Notes under the pieces: model-generated
What the model was told of the DNA's origin: nothing
Databases searched by the model: none
Seen by the model: only the letters and a program-made list of their open reading frames with translations
Virus record (IMG/VR): IMGVR_UViG_3300047160_011942
Span: 1 to 60,296 of that record
Reading direction: 5' to 3' (one strand)
Source: a virus
Length of the DNA stretch: 60,296 nt
Position numbers and translations under genes: made by a program
Part shown: positions 22,954 through 33,373 of the stretch, in pieces
How the letters are laid out: each line of letters begins with the position of its first letter
Position numbering within the stretch: position 1 is the stretch's first letter

Positions 22954-25686
22954 TCAGTTCTGCCACGTCCCCGGCACACCGCCGACGATCACGCGCGTGC
23001 CGTTGGGTAGGCCCGCAGCCCGCGCTTCGGCTTCCGAAGCGAAGGAACGCGGCGCTGCTGCAGGCGACGCGCCTGATGCGGCCGCTGCCGCGCCCACGGC
23101 GCTCGTGCCGTGCGGGAAGACATCGTGCAGGTGCTGCTGCGTGGTTTGCAGCGTCTCTTCACCCTGCGCACGAGCATTCGCAGCCTCGGTACGCATCACG
23201 CCGATCGTGCCCATGATCTGGCTGGGCGTAAGGTCGAGGTTCGCGAGCTTGTCACCGGTCTGCTGGGCCTGCACGGCGAGTTGCGCATTGGACAGCGGCG
23301 AGACGATGACGCGCTGGTGCTCGCGCGCAAGACCGACGAGCGCCGTGTCGAGATTGTGGCCGTCGACCGAACCCAGAGCGAGGCGTACCTTGTTGTAGGG
23401 CGCGTTGAACAGCGGGCCGCCTTCGGTGGCACCACCCTTGGCGAGCAGCGACTGCACGAGCGCGGCTTGCTTGTCGAGGGTACCGTTCAACTGCTCCACG
23501 GCCGTGACGTACTTGGTGCGGTCGGCGAGCGTCTTCGACAGAGCCGCATACTGCGCCTTGTTCGTGCCGATATCGGCCGGCGACAGGCCGAGTTGAGACG
23601 CCATCTCGGGCATGTGGTTGTCGACCGCACGGATCATCTGCGCGCCTTGCGTCGAACGGCTCAGACCCACGCGCCACGACTGATCGCCGCCGAGCGCGAG
23701 CGTCGTGAAGAAGTCCACCGAGGCGGGGTTGATGCCGCCGATCGGGTTGCCCTTCTCGTCGATCCCCGCGGCGCCCTTGCCGAGCTGCACAGTGTTCTGC
23801 GCGCCCTGGGTCTGCAGGTACTGCTGCGCGAGGTTCTGGATGTGCTCGCGCCGGCCCTTGGCCGTCGAGATGTTGGCCAGCGTCGACGGATCGCGTGCCA
23901 CGGTCAGCACGGACTGCCGATCCTCGGGCGACAGCTTCGAGAGGAACTGGTCCGGTGCGACCGGAGCACCTGCCGGCGACGTCGCGCCCGGCAGGCCGCC
24001 CGTGCCGCCCACACCAGTGCCGCCCGCTGCAACGCCCACCGCGCCCGGGCTGTACTTCGTGATCGAGTGCGTCGCCGATTGCACGGCACGAAGCGCGGTA
24101 GGCAGATCCGGATAGTTCTTCGGATCTTGCGCCATGAGCTGCTCGGCGGCCATGACATCATCACGCCCGGAGCCGAGACGGATCGGACGCTGGAACACGT
24201 TCATGTCGTAGAGCCGATCCATGATCTTCGCGCGATCGGCATCGTTGTTCGCGTCCAGGTGCATTGCCTTGCCGTAGTTCCTGACGATTTGCTCGTCGAT
24301 CAACGCCTTGTTGGCCGGCTGGAACGCGGCCTTGTTCTGCTCGATGAGTTCCTGCACGCGCGGATCGCTCGCACCGGCCTGCAGCTTGGACTGCATGTCG
24401 GGGTGGCCGAGCACCGCCAGCGCCGAGCCCATCGCGCCGATGCGATTCGTCTCCTTGCTCATGTCGAACGCACGCACGGTCGACGTGGTCGGGTTCGTCG
24501 GGTCAGTCAGCATCGGCCCGATGTAGGACAGCGGATTGCCGTCGGGGCCCATGATGTCCGTGGTGTAGCGCACCGACGGGATCACCATGTTGACGTGCGT
24601 CGACCCGTCGGCCGACATCCCGGGCCGCAGCGCCGTGATTTCGGCTTTCGTGATGTGGCCCCCGTAGGGCGACGGCGCACCGATGCTGCGCTGCAGCAGC
24701 GGCTGGTAGATGCCGTTCAGACCCTGCAGCATGAGACCCTGGTTGTTGGTCTGCATGCCGTCGTGGAAGTTGTTGAGGGAGGTCTGTAGGGCAGGCAGAT
24801 CCGACGGCGATCGGCCGAACGTGTGCGCCATCGCGAGCGCGAAATCGCCGTCGCTCACGTCGTCCATGGTGATGCGGCCGGTCTGCAACTGCGACATCGT
24901 GTTTTGGGCCTGCTGGCTCAGCGCCGCATAGCGCTGTTGCGCCGGCGACTGGGCCTGCGCCACCGGGGCGCTCGCGGCCGCCGGGCCGGGCGCCGCGTTC
25001 AGCGGCTGGTCCTGCGCCGGCGGCATACCGACGGGCCCGGACTGCGGCGAGAGGCCCGTGGCCGCGCCCATCGCCGAGGGTTGGCCGCCCAGCGCGCTGG
25101 GCATGGGCGTGGCAGCCGCGCCCTGCACGGCACCCGTCGTGGGCGGCGTGACCGGCCCGCTGGGCGCGGCCGGCGGCGTCGGCGCACCGCCCACGTCCGG
25201 CAACTGGTCGGGCGCACCGGACGCAGGCAGGCCGCTCGTATCGGCGCTGGCGACATTCGGCCGGCCCATGGGCGTCGTGCCGCCGGGCGGCGGGGCCGGG
25301 CTCGTGACGCCGAACGGCGACGTCGCATCCGGCAACCGGCCGTTGGGCGACTGCGCGATGCCCTGCTGCATGCTCTCGAGCTGCACCTGCGCCTGCGCCA
25401 GCTCCGCGTGCAGGGAGTCCGGAACCTGCCCGCCGGCGGCCACGATCTGCTGGGCCCGCTTCTGGATCGCGTCCACCTGCGCCTGCACGGCCGCCACGCG
25501 CGAGGCATCCATCAGTCGGCCGTAGCGGTCCTGCTCCATCTGCATGAGCCGGGACTCGTTCTGCTCCTTCAGCGCCTGCTCGCGCTCGAACTCGCGGCGA
25601 TGTTCCTGCTGCGCGGCGATGCCCATCCCGGCCTGCAGACCGCTGGTCAGGCCTTCCGCAATCGCACCACCGACACCATACGGCAT
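22954..25686 (-). CDS. Giant virion-associated protein (910 aa), putative internal/ejection protein
   Basis: N-terminal coiled coil (QQEHRREFEREQALKEQNESRLMQMEQ), then a Pro/Gly/Ala-rich region and a globular C-terminal part. Confidence 0.65.
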   Translation of the reverse strand: MPYGVGGAIAEGLTSGLQAGMGIAAQQEHRREFEREQALKEQNESRLMQMEQDRYGRLMDASRVAAVQAQVDAIQKRAQQIVAAGGQVPDSLHAELAQAQVQLESMQQGIAQSPNGRLPDATSPFGVTSPAPPPGGTTPMGRPNVASADTSGLPASGAPDQLPDVGGAPTPPAAPSGPVTPPTTGAVQGAAATPMPSALGGQPSAMGAATGLSPQSGPVGMPPAQDQPLNAAPGPAAASAPVAQAQSPAQQRYAALSQQAQNTMSQLQTGRITMDDVSDGDFALAMAHTFGRSPSDLPALQTSLNNFHDGMQTNNQGLMLQGLNGIYQPLLQRSIGAPSPYGGHITKAEITALRPGMSADGSTHVNMVIPSVRYTTDIMGPDGNPLSYIGPMLTDPTNPTTSTVRAFDMSKETNRIGAMGSALAVLGHPDMQSKLQAGASDPRVQELIEQNKAAFQPANKALIDEQIVRNYGKAMHLDANNDADRAKIMDRLYDMNVFQRPIRLGSGRDDVMAAEQLMAQDPKNYPDLPTALRAVQSATHSITKYSPGAVGVAAGGTGVGGTGGLPGATSPAGAPVAPDQFLSKLSPEDRQSVLTVARDPSTLANISTAKGRREHIQNLAQQYLQTQGAQNTVQLGKGAAGIDEKGNPIGGINPASVDFFTTLALGGDQSWRVGLSRSTQGAQMIRAVDNHMPEMASQLGLSPADIGTNKAQYAALSKTLADRTKYVTAVEQLNGTLDKQAALVQSLLAKGGATEGGPLFNAPYNKVRLALGSVDGHNLDTALVGLAREHQRVIVSPLSNAQLAVQAQQTGDKLANLDLTPSQIMGTIGVMRTEAANARAQGEETLQTTQQHLHDVFPHGTSAVGAAAAASGASPAAAPRSFASEAEARAAGLPNGTRVIVGGVPGTWQN

Positions 25687-25696
25687 GATCGTTCCT

Positions 25697-25903
25697 TCAC
25701 CAAGGGATCATCAGCGCGAGCGCTGCGAGCGTGCCGCCGAGCTGCATGTATCCGGCCTTGCGCTGCGCGCTGATCTGCGTGTTCTCGGCGTTGCGCTGCG
25801 CCTCTTGCGTGGCCGCGTCGCCCAGCAGGCTCATGGCCTGGTTCTGTTCCTGCTGGCCCACGCTCGCCAGCGAGGCACCGACACCGAATCCGGGCATGGT
25901 CAA
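25697..25903 (-). CDS. Small virion-module protein with C-terminal TM
   Basis: 68 aa. GGTLAALALMIPW hydrophobic end. ATGA-type coupling with the upstream gene. Confidence 0.5.
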   Translation of the reverse strand: MTMPGFGVGASLASVGQQEQNQAMSLLGDAATQEAQRNAENTQISAQRKAGYMQLGGTLAALALMIPW

Positions 25904-26490
25904 CTCCCCAAGTTGGCGGCCGCCTGGGCCACCTGCGACACCGAGGGTGCCGGGTTGCCGAGGATCGACTGCTGGTTCTGGACGGTCAGGTCATGAGCGA
26001 CATTCTGCCCCTGCACCGTCGCGAGGCTCTGCGAGAGATTCTGTTGACGCGCCTGCGCAGCCTGTTGCTGCGGGTTCAAGGTGATACCCTCGCCCTGCAG
26101 CGCGCGCGCCATCGCGCCTTGCTGCGCACCGTAGGCCTGCGTGACGTCGGTCTTGGCCTGCGCCATCGCCTTGCTGGCCTGCGTCGGGTCGGTCGCATAG
26201 CTGATGAGCTGGTTCTCGATCGGCACGAAGGTGCTCTCGTACTGCTGCCACATCTGCTGCGTGAGCGCGGCGTAGGTGTCGCTCGCGCTCATGCCTTGTG
26301 TGAGCCCAAGCTGACCGTAGGCCGGATCCGCGGCCGGCGGCGTGCCGCCCGTCTGGATCCCGGCATTCGGCGACCAGCCGTAACCCTCGGCCTGATAGGC
26401 GTTGCCGCCCTGCGCGTACGGCGCCGGCGCGGGCACCGGGCCTCCCACGGCACCGCCGCTATTCGTGAAGTCTTGCGATCCGGTGGCCAT
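25900..26490 (-). CDS. Gln/Ala-rich virion-module protein
   Basis: Contiguous with its neighbours. Composition typical of podophage internal proteins. Confidence 0.55.
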   Translation of the reverse strand: MATGSQDFTNSGGAVGGPVPAPAPYAQGGNAYQAEGYGWSPNAGIQTGGTPPAADPAYGQLGLTQGMSASDTYAALTQQMWQQYESTFVPIENQLISYATDPTQASKAMAQAKTDVTQAYGAQQGAMARALQGEGITLNPQQQAAQARQQNLSQSLATVQGQNVAHDLTVQNQQSILGNPAPSVSQVAQAAANLGS

Positions 26491-26493
26491 GCG

Positions 26494-27144
26494 TTACCCC
26501 GGCCCGACAAATGCCGACGGGTTGTTCATCGTGCCGTTGTAGCCGTTCGGGTTCGAGCCCATGCCGACCGGCGGTGGGTTGGGCTGTCCGAGTTTGTAGC
26601 CCGCATAGGCACCCGCCACCTGCCCCACAGCGCCCATGACCCCTTCCTGTTCCTCGAGCGCGGCCTGCGCGTCGGCCTGCGCCTGCACGGCGCTGTTGCT
26701 GGCGGCCTGCGCCATGCTTGACCCGACGGTGGCGGCCTGCCCCTGCCCGATCTGGGTCAGGGCCTGCAGGCCTTGCGTGTAGGCCTGCGTCACCTGCTGG
26801 TCGGACACCATCTGGCCCAGCCCCGAGGACTTCGCCTGATTCGTGTTGATGCCTGTCACCCCCAGGTCGTAGCGGCCCGAGCCCGGCTTGGCGCCGGCGG
26901 CGGTCAGGGACTTCTCGAGCGCGGAGCCCGCGCGACTGAACTGGATCGCGGAGTCGGTGGCCGCGTGGCCCTTGGTCTCGGCGCGCAGCCACGAGTTGTC
27001 GCCACCCTCCTTCTCGATCTGGGCGGCGAGGTTCTGCTGCACGGGCAGCCAGCGCTTCGTGTAGTCGGCCATAACGTCGACTGCATGCTGCGCCAGCGCC
27101 TTCTGTGCCGAAGTTTCAGGGATCGACCCTTGACCGCCACCCAT
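26494..27144 (-). CDS. Gln/Ala/Gly-rich virion-module protein
   Basis: As above. 216 aa. Confidence 0.55.
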   Translation of the reverse strand: MGGGQGSIPETSAQKALAQHAVDVMADYTKRWLPVQQNLAAQIEKEGGDNSWLRAETKGHAATDSAIQFSRAGSALEKSLTAAGAKPGSGRYDLGVTGINTNQAKSSGLGQMVSDQQVTQAYTQGLQALTQIGQGQAATVGSSMAQAASNSAVQAQADAQAALEEQEGVMGAVGQVAGAYAGYKLGQPNPPPVGMGSNPNGYNGTMNNPSAFVGPG

Positions 27145-27523
27145 CGACGTACCTCATGAACTCCAACGTGCCGCGGCGTTGCCAGCGGCTGTCCAAACGC
27201 CTGACCCAGCCCTTGCGCCGGGTCTCGAAAGCGATCGTGTGGGCTCCGAGATCGCGGGCCAGTTGTTGGACCGCGGGTTCAAGTCGCTCGATGGCGCCGT
27301 GATGCGTGACCACGGCCATCAGGATGAAAAGCTCGAGATTTTCACCGAACGGCCGCAGGCTCACCACCAGCACGCCCTGCGGCCCATAGAAGCACAGGGC
27401 CTCCTTAGCCCGGCATTGTGCCTGCATTTCCTCCACTTCGAAAGCCGCCAGCAGCGGCTTTCGAAGTGAGCGCGCGGCGCGCGCAATGGCCTCGCCGGTC
27501 TCGTCGATCAGGAATCCGTTCAC
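27116..27523 (-). CDS. Hypothetical protein (possible small GNAT-like fold)
   Basis: GTG 27523 in a GTGA overlap with the upstream stop. The upstream part of ORF 28006 is Arg/Ser junk. The fold guess is weak. Confidence 0.4.
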   Translation of the reverse strand: MNGFLIDETGEAIARAARSLRKPLLAAFEVEEMQAQCRAKEALCFYGPQGVLVVSLRPFGENLELFILMAVVTHHGAIERLEPAVQQLARDLGAHTIAFETRRKGWVRRLDSRWQRRGTLEFMRYVDGWRSRVDP

Positions 27524-27810
27524 GGCACGCTGAAGGTGGGATCGTCTTTCTGCCCGGCTGGGTTGGTGATCGTCAAGCCGCCGCCATCCTGCAGCACGCG
27601 CGTGAGCAATTTTCCGCTGACCTTCACCACGAACCCGTCGGTCGACGAGTTGATCAGCGTGTTGATGTTCAAGTTCATGTTCTGCTGATCGGTGAGCGCG
27701 GCCTCCAGAGCCTGGATGCGCGCCACCAACGCCGTGACCACCGCGGCCCACGCGCGCTGGTCGAACTGCTCGCCGCGGGGAATGGTGATGGGGGGCTTGC
27801 CGAAAGCCAT
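27520..27810 (-). CDS. Small tail-associated protein (coiled coil + beta)
   Basis: ATG 27810, two nt after the upstream stop. VTALVARIQALEAALTDQQ coiled-coil segment. Confidence 0.5.
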   Translation of the reverse strand: MAFGKPPITIPRGEQFDQRAWAAVVTALVARIQALEAALTDQQNMNLNINTLINSSTDGFVVKVSGKLLTRVLQDGGGLTITNPAGQKDDPTFSVP

Positions 27811-27812
27811 GG

Positions 27813-29618
27813 TCAGGTGGCGTTGAACTGCAGGGATGCAGGCACGAGACCCAGTTCGTCGATCGTCTCGGCGAGTTGCAGCGAACGGATTCGCGAGGTG
27901 CCGATGAACTCCCACTCGATCGACTGGTACTGATCGCCACTGCCTGCTGCGGGCACCCGGAACTCCGTTGTGTTGTCGATCGCCCCGCCGTAAATCTGCA
28001 CGTCATCGGCGTACAGGTTCAGCACGATGTTGGTGAAGTCCTGTGCCTTCATCTGCGCGAACTGGAAGACCGCGGGCCGCTCGAGCAGGCTCAGCTTGCC
28101 ACGATACTTGTAGACCATGCTGCCCGAGCCGCTCGGCGAGTCGAACTCGTAGATCGTGTGGCTGTCGGGCGTGGGCGCTGTCGAGCCGAGCGGCAGGTTC
28201 GGATCGGTCGGCTCGCTCACGAAGTCCAGCACGAGATAGAGCTTGTCGGTCAGCGGATCGTTGTAGGCGGCCGTGGCGTGGAAGCCGAGTGGTACGAGGC
28301 CACCGCCATTCGGATTCGGGTCGAGCGCGTAGCCCCCCTTCACGCTGCCCGTGTCGTAGAAAAAGAACAGGATGTTGTTGTGCACGACGCACAGTATCGA
28401 GCTGGGGTTCAGCGCCTGCCACTGCTGGTAGGTGAACAAGCCGTCCGTGAGATTGATGATCTGGTTCGGCCCCTGGATGGCCTCGAGCCCCAACGCCGTC
28501 GCGCCCACGACACCCACGTTGCGCAGGAACGTGACCGAGCGCTTCGAGACGCACGCACGTGCGAACTCGAACTTGCTCATCGCGTACTGCGAGGGGTCGA
28601 CACCTGATGCCACGTAGGGGAAGCTCTTCGTCCACACGACGATCGTCGTGTCGATGTTGGCAGTACCTACGATGTCGGTGTCGGTCGTGAGCTGGTACTC
28701 GACAGGCCATGCATGCGGGTGGTTTTGCGCCGACAACCCCAGGATGTTGCCTTGAAAGTTGGACATCACCCCGTTGGGCAACGCGAGCATCCCCTGCGCA
28801 TCGGCCATCGGCAGATCCCAAAGAGAGGACGGTAGTTCCTCGCCCAACTGAAAATCGGACAGCGTGTCGTTGTAGCTGTAGCCGAACGGGTGGCCCAGCG
28901 GATCGTTCATCAGGATCTCGGCCACGAAGCGGTAGATCGTGCCGCTTGCTCCCGTGGCCGCGCGATACAGACGCGCCGCCACGACGTTGTAGGCGTCGTA
29001 CCCCGATTCCAGATTCTGGTTGATGTGAACGAGATTCGCGTCGCCTTGTCCCGTCGGCGTCGGGATCGACAGCGGGTTGGGCGTACCACGTGGCGAGGCG
29101 AGACTGACCGCTGCCAAGCCGGGTGCCGATTCCTCGCCGATGTCGTTCACATACGTGTAGACGTAGGCTGTCACCGCAAACGGATCGGAACCCGTCACCG
29201 GTGTGTAAGTGATGTTGAACGGCGATGACTGCGGCGCGGGAACGCCCAGCGGCCGCACGTTCATCGGGTAGGGCTCATGGCCAGCCGTACCACTCGTGGC
29301 CATGTCGTAGTTCGTCCACACCGGTGTCGAGTAGTCGGTCGGATCGGTGATGAACAGCCGGAACGTCGTATCACCGGGCACCGGCCCGCGCACGGCATCC
29401 GCGTCGTGCTGCCAGGACAGCCACGCCCCATTCAGGAGGTAGATCGACAGGATGGGCGCCGACTGCGCGAGCTGATGCGTCAACGCGAACTGGCGCCACG
29501 CTTCGAGATCGCCCGAGAGCAGCCGCGCGTTGGTCGCATCCTGACCTGCGTTGGCGGGCAGCAGCCGCGGCGACGTGCGCGGGAACACGCCTTGGAAGGT
29601 GTCCTGGGTGCGTTGCAT
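27813..29618 (-). CDS. Tail structural protein (601 aa)
   Basis: ATG 29618, two nt after the tailspike stop. The upstream extension of the ORF is His/Arg junk. Beta-rich sequence. Confidence 0.65.
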   Translation of the reverse strand: MQRTQDTFQGVFPRTSPRLLPANAGQDATNARLLSGDLEAWRQFALTHQLAQSAPILSIYLLNGAWLSWQHDADAVRGPVPGDTTFRLFITDPTDYSTPVWTNYDMATSGTAGHEPYPMNVRPLGVPAPQSSPFNITYTPVTGSDPFAVTAYVYTYVNDIGEESAPGLAAVSLASPRGTPNPLSIPTPTGQGDANLVHINQNLESGYDAYNVVAARLYRAATGASGTIYRFVAEILMNDPLGHPFGYSYNDTLSDFQLGEELPSSLWDLPMADAQGMLALPNGVMSNFQGNILGLSAQNHPHAWPVEYQLTTDTDIVGTANIDTTIVVWTKSFPYVASGVDPSQYAMSKFEFARACVSKRSVTFLRNVGVVGATALGLEAIQGPNQIINLTDGLFTYQQWQALNPSSILCVVHNNILFFFYDTGSVKGGYALDPNPNGGGLVPLGFHATAAYNDPLTDKLYLVLDFVSEPTDPNLPLGSTAPTPDSHTIYEFDSPSGSGSMVYKYRGKLSLLERPAVFQFAQMKAQDFTNIVLNLYADDVQIYGGAIDNTTEFRVPAAGSGDQYQSIEWEFIGTSRIRSLQLAETIDELGLVPASLQFNAT

Positions 29619-29620
29619 TG

Positions 29621-32600
29621 TCAGCCTGTGCGTGTCGCGACAATGGACGAGTAGGCGGTCATGGAGCCGCCCCCTATCCAGTCTCCTTGCACCACCGCGT
29701 AGTAGGTTGTCGGAACCGACAGATTGACGATCTGGTTGCACCGTTCCACGGTGAAGATGGGGCCGACCTGCGTGAGGCCGGCCGCGCCGAATTGGCGCGT
29801 ACCGTAGCGTTCGTCCTTCGTGCCGGGCAGCGAGTTGTTCACCGTGTTGATGCCCCATTGCAGCGCAGTCACGGTGACCGTGCCGCTGGCCACCGTGAAA
29901 CCTACCATGCAATCGATGCGCCATTGCCCCGGTGGCAGCAAAAGACCGCCATTGCAGTCCGCCGCCACACCTGTTGTGAGACTCGTACCCGGCGAAGCGT
30001 TGAAGTTGCGTTGTTTCTCGCCGATCACTCCGGCTTCAACACCCGAGCCGTCGATACGGCCCATCGGCATGCCGGTCTTGCCGGCGGCCACTGACGTGAT
30101 ACGGTGGTCATTGGTGTCACGTCGGTAGGTGCCTTTCATGATCATCGAACCGGGGCTCGAGATCGGCGGCAAAATGCCGTTCAGGTTGAATGGCGTTCCC
30201 GTCGAGCCGTCAACACCCCAACTGATGCCCCCGGCCGACGTGGTGCCGATCGGCCCTCCGAAAAATTCGATCTCCCAGTCGTAGCTCGCGTTATTGCCCA
30301 AGGGCAGGTTGATGGTGTAGTCGGCAATCCCGCCACCGGCCGTGGAAAAGAAATGGTAACGCTCGACACCGATGTTCTTTTGCGCGGCCTCCGTCGTGGA
30401 GTTTGAAATCCACGCGCTGTCGGTGTACTGTACCGGGGCATCGAACTCCCAGTACGCATGCATCAGGTTGCGGTTGAAGTTTCCGTTTGCGTCCTTCGTG
30501 CGATCGCCCATCTCGATGCGGTAGGCATAGTTGCTGTCATCAATCTCAGCAATACCCACCGAGAAATGGAACGGCGTCTGACCACCCATGGCGCCCCAGC
30601 GCCACTCGCACATCCATGAGTCGGAGTAGCCGTAGATGAGCTGGTTGCCGTGGTTCTGCAGGAACGGTCGCGTCGACAGGTTCGTGTAGACGAGCGTACC
30701 CGTACCCGCACCAGAAGCAATGTACGTCGGGGTGGAGTTCGTGATCGGCGATACCGACAGCACAAACTGCTTGCTCTTGTCCGAAAGATAGCCCGGCGTG
30801 TCGACGTAGTAGACCTGGTTCGAGTTGATGTGTGTCGGCAGCGTGCCAGTGGTGTAGAACCCCAAGCGATGATTCGGCTGCAGCCCATGCGCTGCGGCCA
30901 TCGTGATCATCAGGTTGCCCTTGCCGTCGTCGCTGACGGTCTGCACGGTGTGCAGCAAATCGCCCCATGACTTCACATCCGGCGCCGAGCACAAAGGCGA
31001 CAGGAACGACACCATGGCATCGCCATTGAACGTGCTTGTCTGGTTGGCGTTGCCCCCTGTGTTCAGGTCGAGCAGGTACTGCCAATTCGTACCGTTGACA
31101 CCATCGAGCTGCACCCCGTTGAAATTCCCGAGCGTCGGGAACGTGGTGTAGGCCTGGGGCGCGGTACCTGCCGTGGTGATGTCGATTGCCGAGCCGCCCA
31201 TCGTGAGCGAAAGCTGGCAGGTCTTCGCACCGCCGTTGTAATTGATGACGTAGTAGGGTGTGAGCGGATTCAACGGCGCCGCCAGCGTGCCGTAGACGAT
31301 CACACCACCCGACAACTGACCGTTCGGCACGGTGTAGACCACCATGTTGTTGGCCAGATTGTTCTTCGACAGCGTGAGCACGTTGGTCGACGTGTTCACG
31401 GTGAACGTACCTTGCGTGCCCACGCCATCCGAACGCGTGAAGATATTGCCCCAGAACGAGACGTTCTTGTACTCGACGATGCCGAACTGCGCATTCAGTC
31501 GCGAGTCGCCGTCAGCGAGGAAATTGATGCCTACGGCGTCAGCCGAGAAATTCACCCCGTGCGGGTGGCACAGGTTGTCGCTGATCGTGCCGCCCGTCCA
31601 GTCGTTGCCGCCGCCGTCGAACCGACCCCAGTCATTCCATTCGGAGTACCCCAATGCCCAGTATTTGCGCCCGGCGAAAAAGATCGCACCGGAGTTCACC
31701 GAACGGAACACCGGCGCCGACCACATATTGCCCGTGGTGGCGTAGAAACCCGATGCCTCGCCGAGCCGGATGCCCCAGCCATTGTTGCCACCCACCGCCC
31801 AGTGGCCCGACATCACCATGTCGTTGCCGCCGGCGTCCAGCCCGTGGTTCATGCCGCTGACGTTCAGCGAGCCGTTGTTCAGGAAGCGGATCGAGTGACC
31901 ATGGAACCGGCCGTTGCCGGCCTCGATGACCATCCCGGAGCCCGGGAAGCCATTGATGTCCATGTTGTAGTATTCGCCGGCTACGTAGTCCTTGTTGCCG
32001 GTATAGAACGGGTCTCCGTCGGTCGGATTGTTCGCGTTGTTCGGATTCGGGATGCGGATTGCCGAAACCGGATTCGTCTGCGTCGTGCCGGTTGCATCGA
32101 GGTTCAAGCCGCGATACACCGGGGAGTATGCAAGATTGCCGCTCGTCTGCGGGCTGATGCGCGCCACGCGGATGAAAGACGCATCGGCTCCCGCGCCGTA
32201 CGGGTTGCTGCTGCCATTGAGCAGCCCTGCGTAGTTCGCTGTCGTCGCCGGCAGGTTGTTGCCCGGCTGTAGCACGTTCACGCCGCGCGCGTCGTTCGGG
32301 AATGAGGTCGTCGGGTCGAGGTCGAAAATCGAGCTGACCACGATGATGCCGACCGTCGGAAAGCGTGCCCGTGATTTCAACCCCGCCGGGAATGCGCCCG
32401 TGCCCGGCTGCAACTGCGTGCGGATGTCGGCAAGATTGTCGGTCGTGCCATCGGCGACGATGCCGCCTACCAACTCCGCATCGGCCGTGGTCGGCACCGA
32501 CAGCGTGACCGTATCGCCAGCACGTGTGGCCGTGAGACCGTCGGTGAAATTCAGCACCGTGGCGTCGGGTCCGCCGAGCGGCGTGGCGTTGGCCTGGAAC

Positions 32601-32698
32601 TGCAGCGTCAGGCCGAAATTGACGCCGTCCTGCTCCTGCTGCGGCATGTCCACGCCGAAGCCGCCGGACTGAGGGGTGCCTGCACTGATGCCGAACAT
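29621..32698 (-). CDS. Tailspike / tail fiber with right-handed beta-helix (pectate-lyase-like, putative depolymerase)
   Basis: 1025 aa. Repetitive G-x-N / N-G-S / H-G-h segments (NGRFHGHSIRFLNNGSLNVSGMNHGLDAGGNDMVMSGHW...) typical of parallel beta-helix. Confidence 0.75.
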   Translation of the reverse strand: MFGISAGTPQSGGFGVDMPQQEQDGVNFGLTLQFQANATPLGGPDATVLNFTDGLTATRAGDTVTLSVPTTADAELVGGIVADGTTDNLADIRTQLQPGTGAFPAGLKSRARFPTVGIIVVSSIFDLDPTTSFPNDARGVNVLQPGNNLPATTANYAGLLNGSSNPYGAGADASFIRVARISPQTSGNLAYSPVYRGLNLDATGTTQTNPVSAIRIPNPNNANNPTDGDPFYTGNKDYVAGEYYNMDINGFPGSGMVIEAGNGRFHGHSIRFLNNGSLNVSGMNHGLDAGGNDMVMSGHWAVGGNNGWGIRLGEASGFYATTGNMWSAPVFRSVNSGAIFFAGRKYWALGYSEWNDWGRFDGGGNDWTGGTISDNLCHPHGVNFSADAVGINFLADGDSRLNAQFGIVEYKNVSFWGNIFTRSDGVGTQGTFTVNTSTNVLTLSKNNLANNMVVYTVPNGQLSGGVIVYGTLAAPLNPLTPYYVINYNGGAKTCQLSLTMGGSAIDITTAGTAPQAYTTFPTLGNFNGVQLDGVNGTNWQYLLDLNTGGNANQTSTFNGDAMVSFLSPLCSAPDVKSWGDLLHTVQTVSDDGKGNLMITMAAAHGLQPNHRLGFYTTGTLPTHINSNQVYYVDTPGYLSDKSKQFVLSVSPITNSTPTYIASGAGTGTLVYTNLSTRPFLQNHGNQLIYGYSDSWMCEWRWGAMGGQTPFHFSVGIAEIDDSNYAYRIEMGDRTKDANGNFNRNLMHAYWEFDAPVQYTDSAWISNSTTEAAQKNIGVERYHFFSTAGGGIADYTINLPLGNNASYDWEIEFFGGPIGTTSAGGISWGVDGSTGTPFNLNGILPPISSPGSMIMKGTYRRDTNDHRITSVAAGKTGMPMGRIDGSGVEAGVIGEKQRNFNASPGTSLTTGVAADCNGGLLLPPGQWRIDCMVGFTVASGTVTVTALQWGINTVNNSLPGTKDERYGTRQFGAAGLTQVGPIFTVERCNQIVNLSVPTTYYAVVQGDWIGGGSMTAYSSIVATRTG

Positions 32699-32701
32699 GG
32701 G

Positions 32702-33373
32702 TCAGATACCCCAGGTACCAAAGGGGCGCGGCCGCGCGCGCATCGAGCCCGTGTTGTAGGCCCGCTGCGCCTCGGTCTTGCCGTTGGCGATGGCGCTCGA
32801 AAAGTCCTTCTTGTAGGCCATGGCCTGCTGCAGATCGAACCACGGCTCGCCACGCATGGCCAGCAGGTACGAGAGCGCGCCCGCCTCGAAGTCATTCGAA
32901 TACTTGATGAGCGGATCCGTGGGAACCTGCGCGGTGGCCGCGGCAGATTCCTTCGGCGCCACGATGAGGGTCATCGTCAGCGTGTAGGCCTGGTCCGGTG
33001 CCGGATCCAGCGCAAAGCCGCCTTCAGCCAAGTAGCAGTAGCGCAGCGGGCGCTGGGACGGGAAGTTCGGATTCCACAGCGTGGAGTCGGAAGCCTGCAC
33101 GGGGAACGCGGTCGTCGTGCCATCGGAATTCGTCACCGTGACAGACATCGCGCGGATGCCCATGATGTCCAGGTTGTCGTCCGTGCCCAACGTGTAGGTG
33201 CGTTGGTCGACGAGCGTCTCGCCACCCAGATTCAATCGCAGCCACTGCGTCTGCTGGCACCACTCGCGCATCATGCGCGTGTAGGCCCGCCGCACGGTCG
33301 GCAGCGGCGCCTTGCGGCACAACTGACGCACGTTCGTGAGCTGGTCATCGAGCGCGGCGAGGTTCAAACTCAT
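32702..33373 (-). CDS. Virion structural protein (putative neck/tail adaptor)
   Basis: Position between the head-tail adaptor-like gene and the tailspike. ATGA coupling upstream. Confidence 0.55.
   Translation of the reverse strand: MSLNLAALDDQLTNVRQLCRKAPLPTVRRAYTRMMREWCQQTQWLRLNLGGETLVDQRTYTLGTDDNLDIMGIRAMSVTVTNSDGTTTAFPVQASDSTLWNPNFPSQRPLRYCYLAEGGFALDPAPDQAYTLTMTLIVAPKESAAATAQVPTDPLIKYSNDFEAGALSYLLAMRGEPWFDLQQAMAYKKDFSSAIANGKTEAQRAYNTGSMRARPRPFGTWGI

Noticed and set aside
19839-25686. The giant proteins as a virion RNA polymerase (N4-like) or a tape measure protein.
   Set aside because: I could not find any polymerase motifs. The composition is low-complexity. No tail tube, sheath or chaperone genes accompany them.
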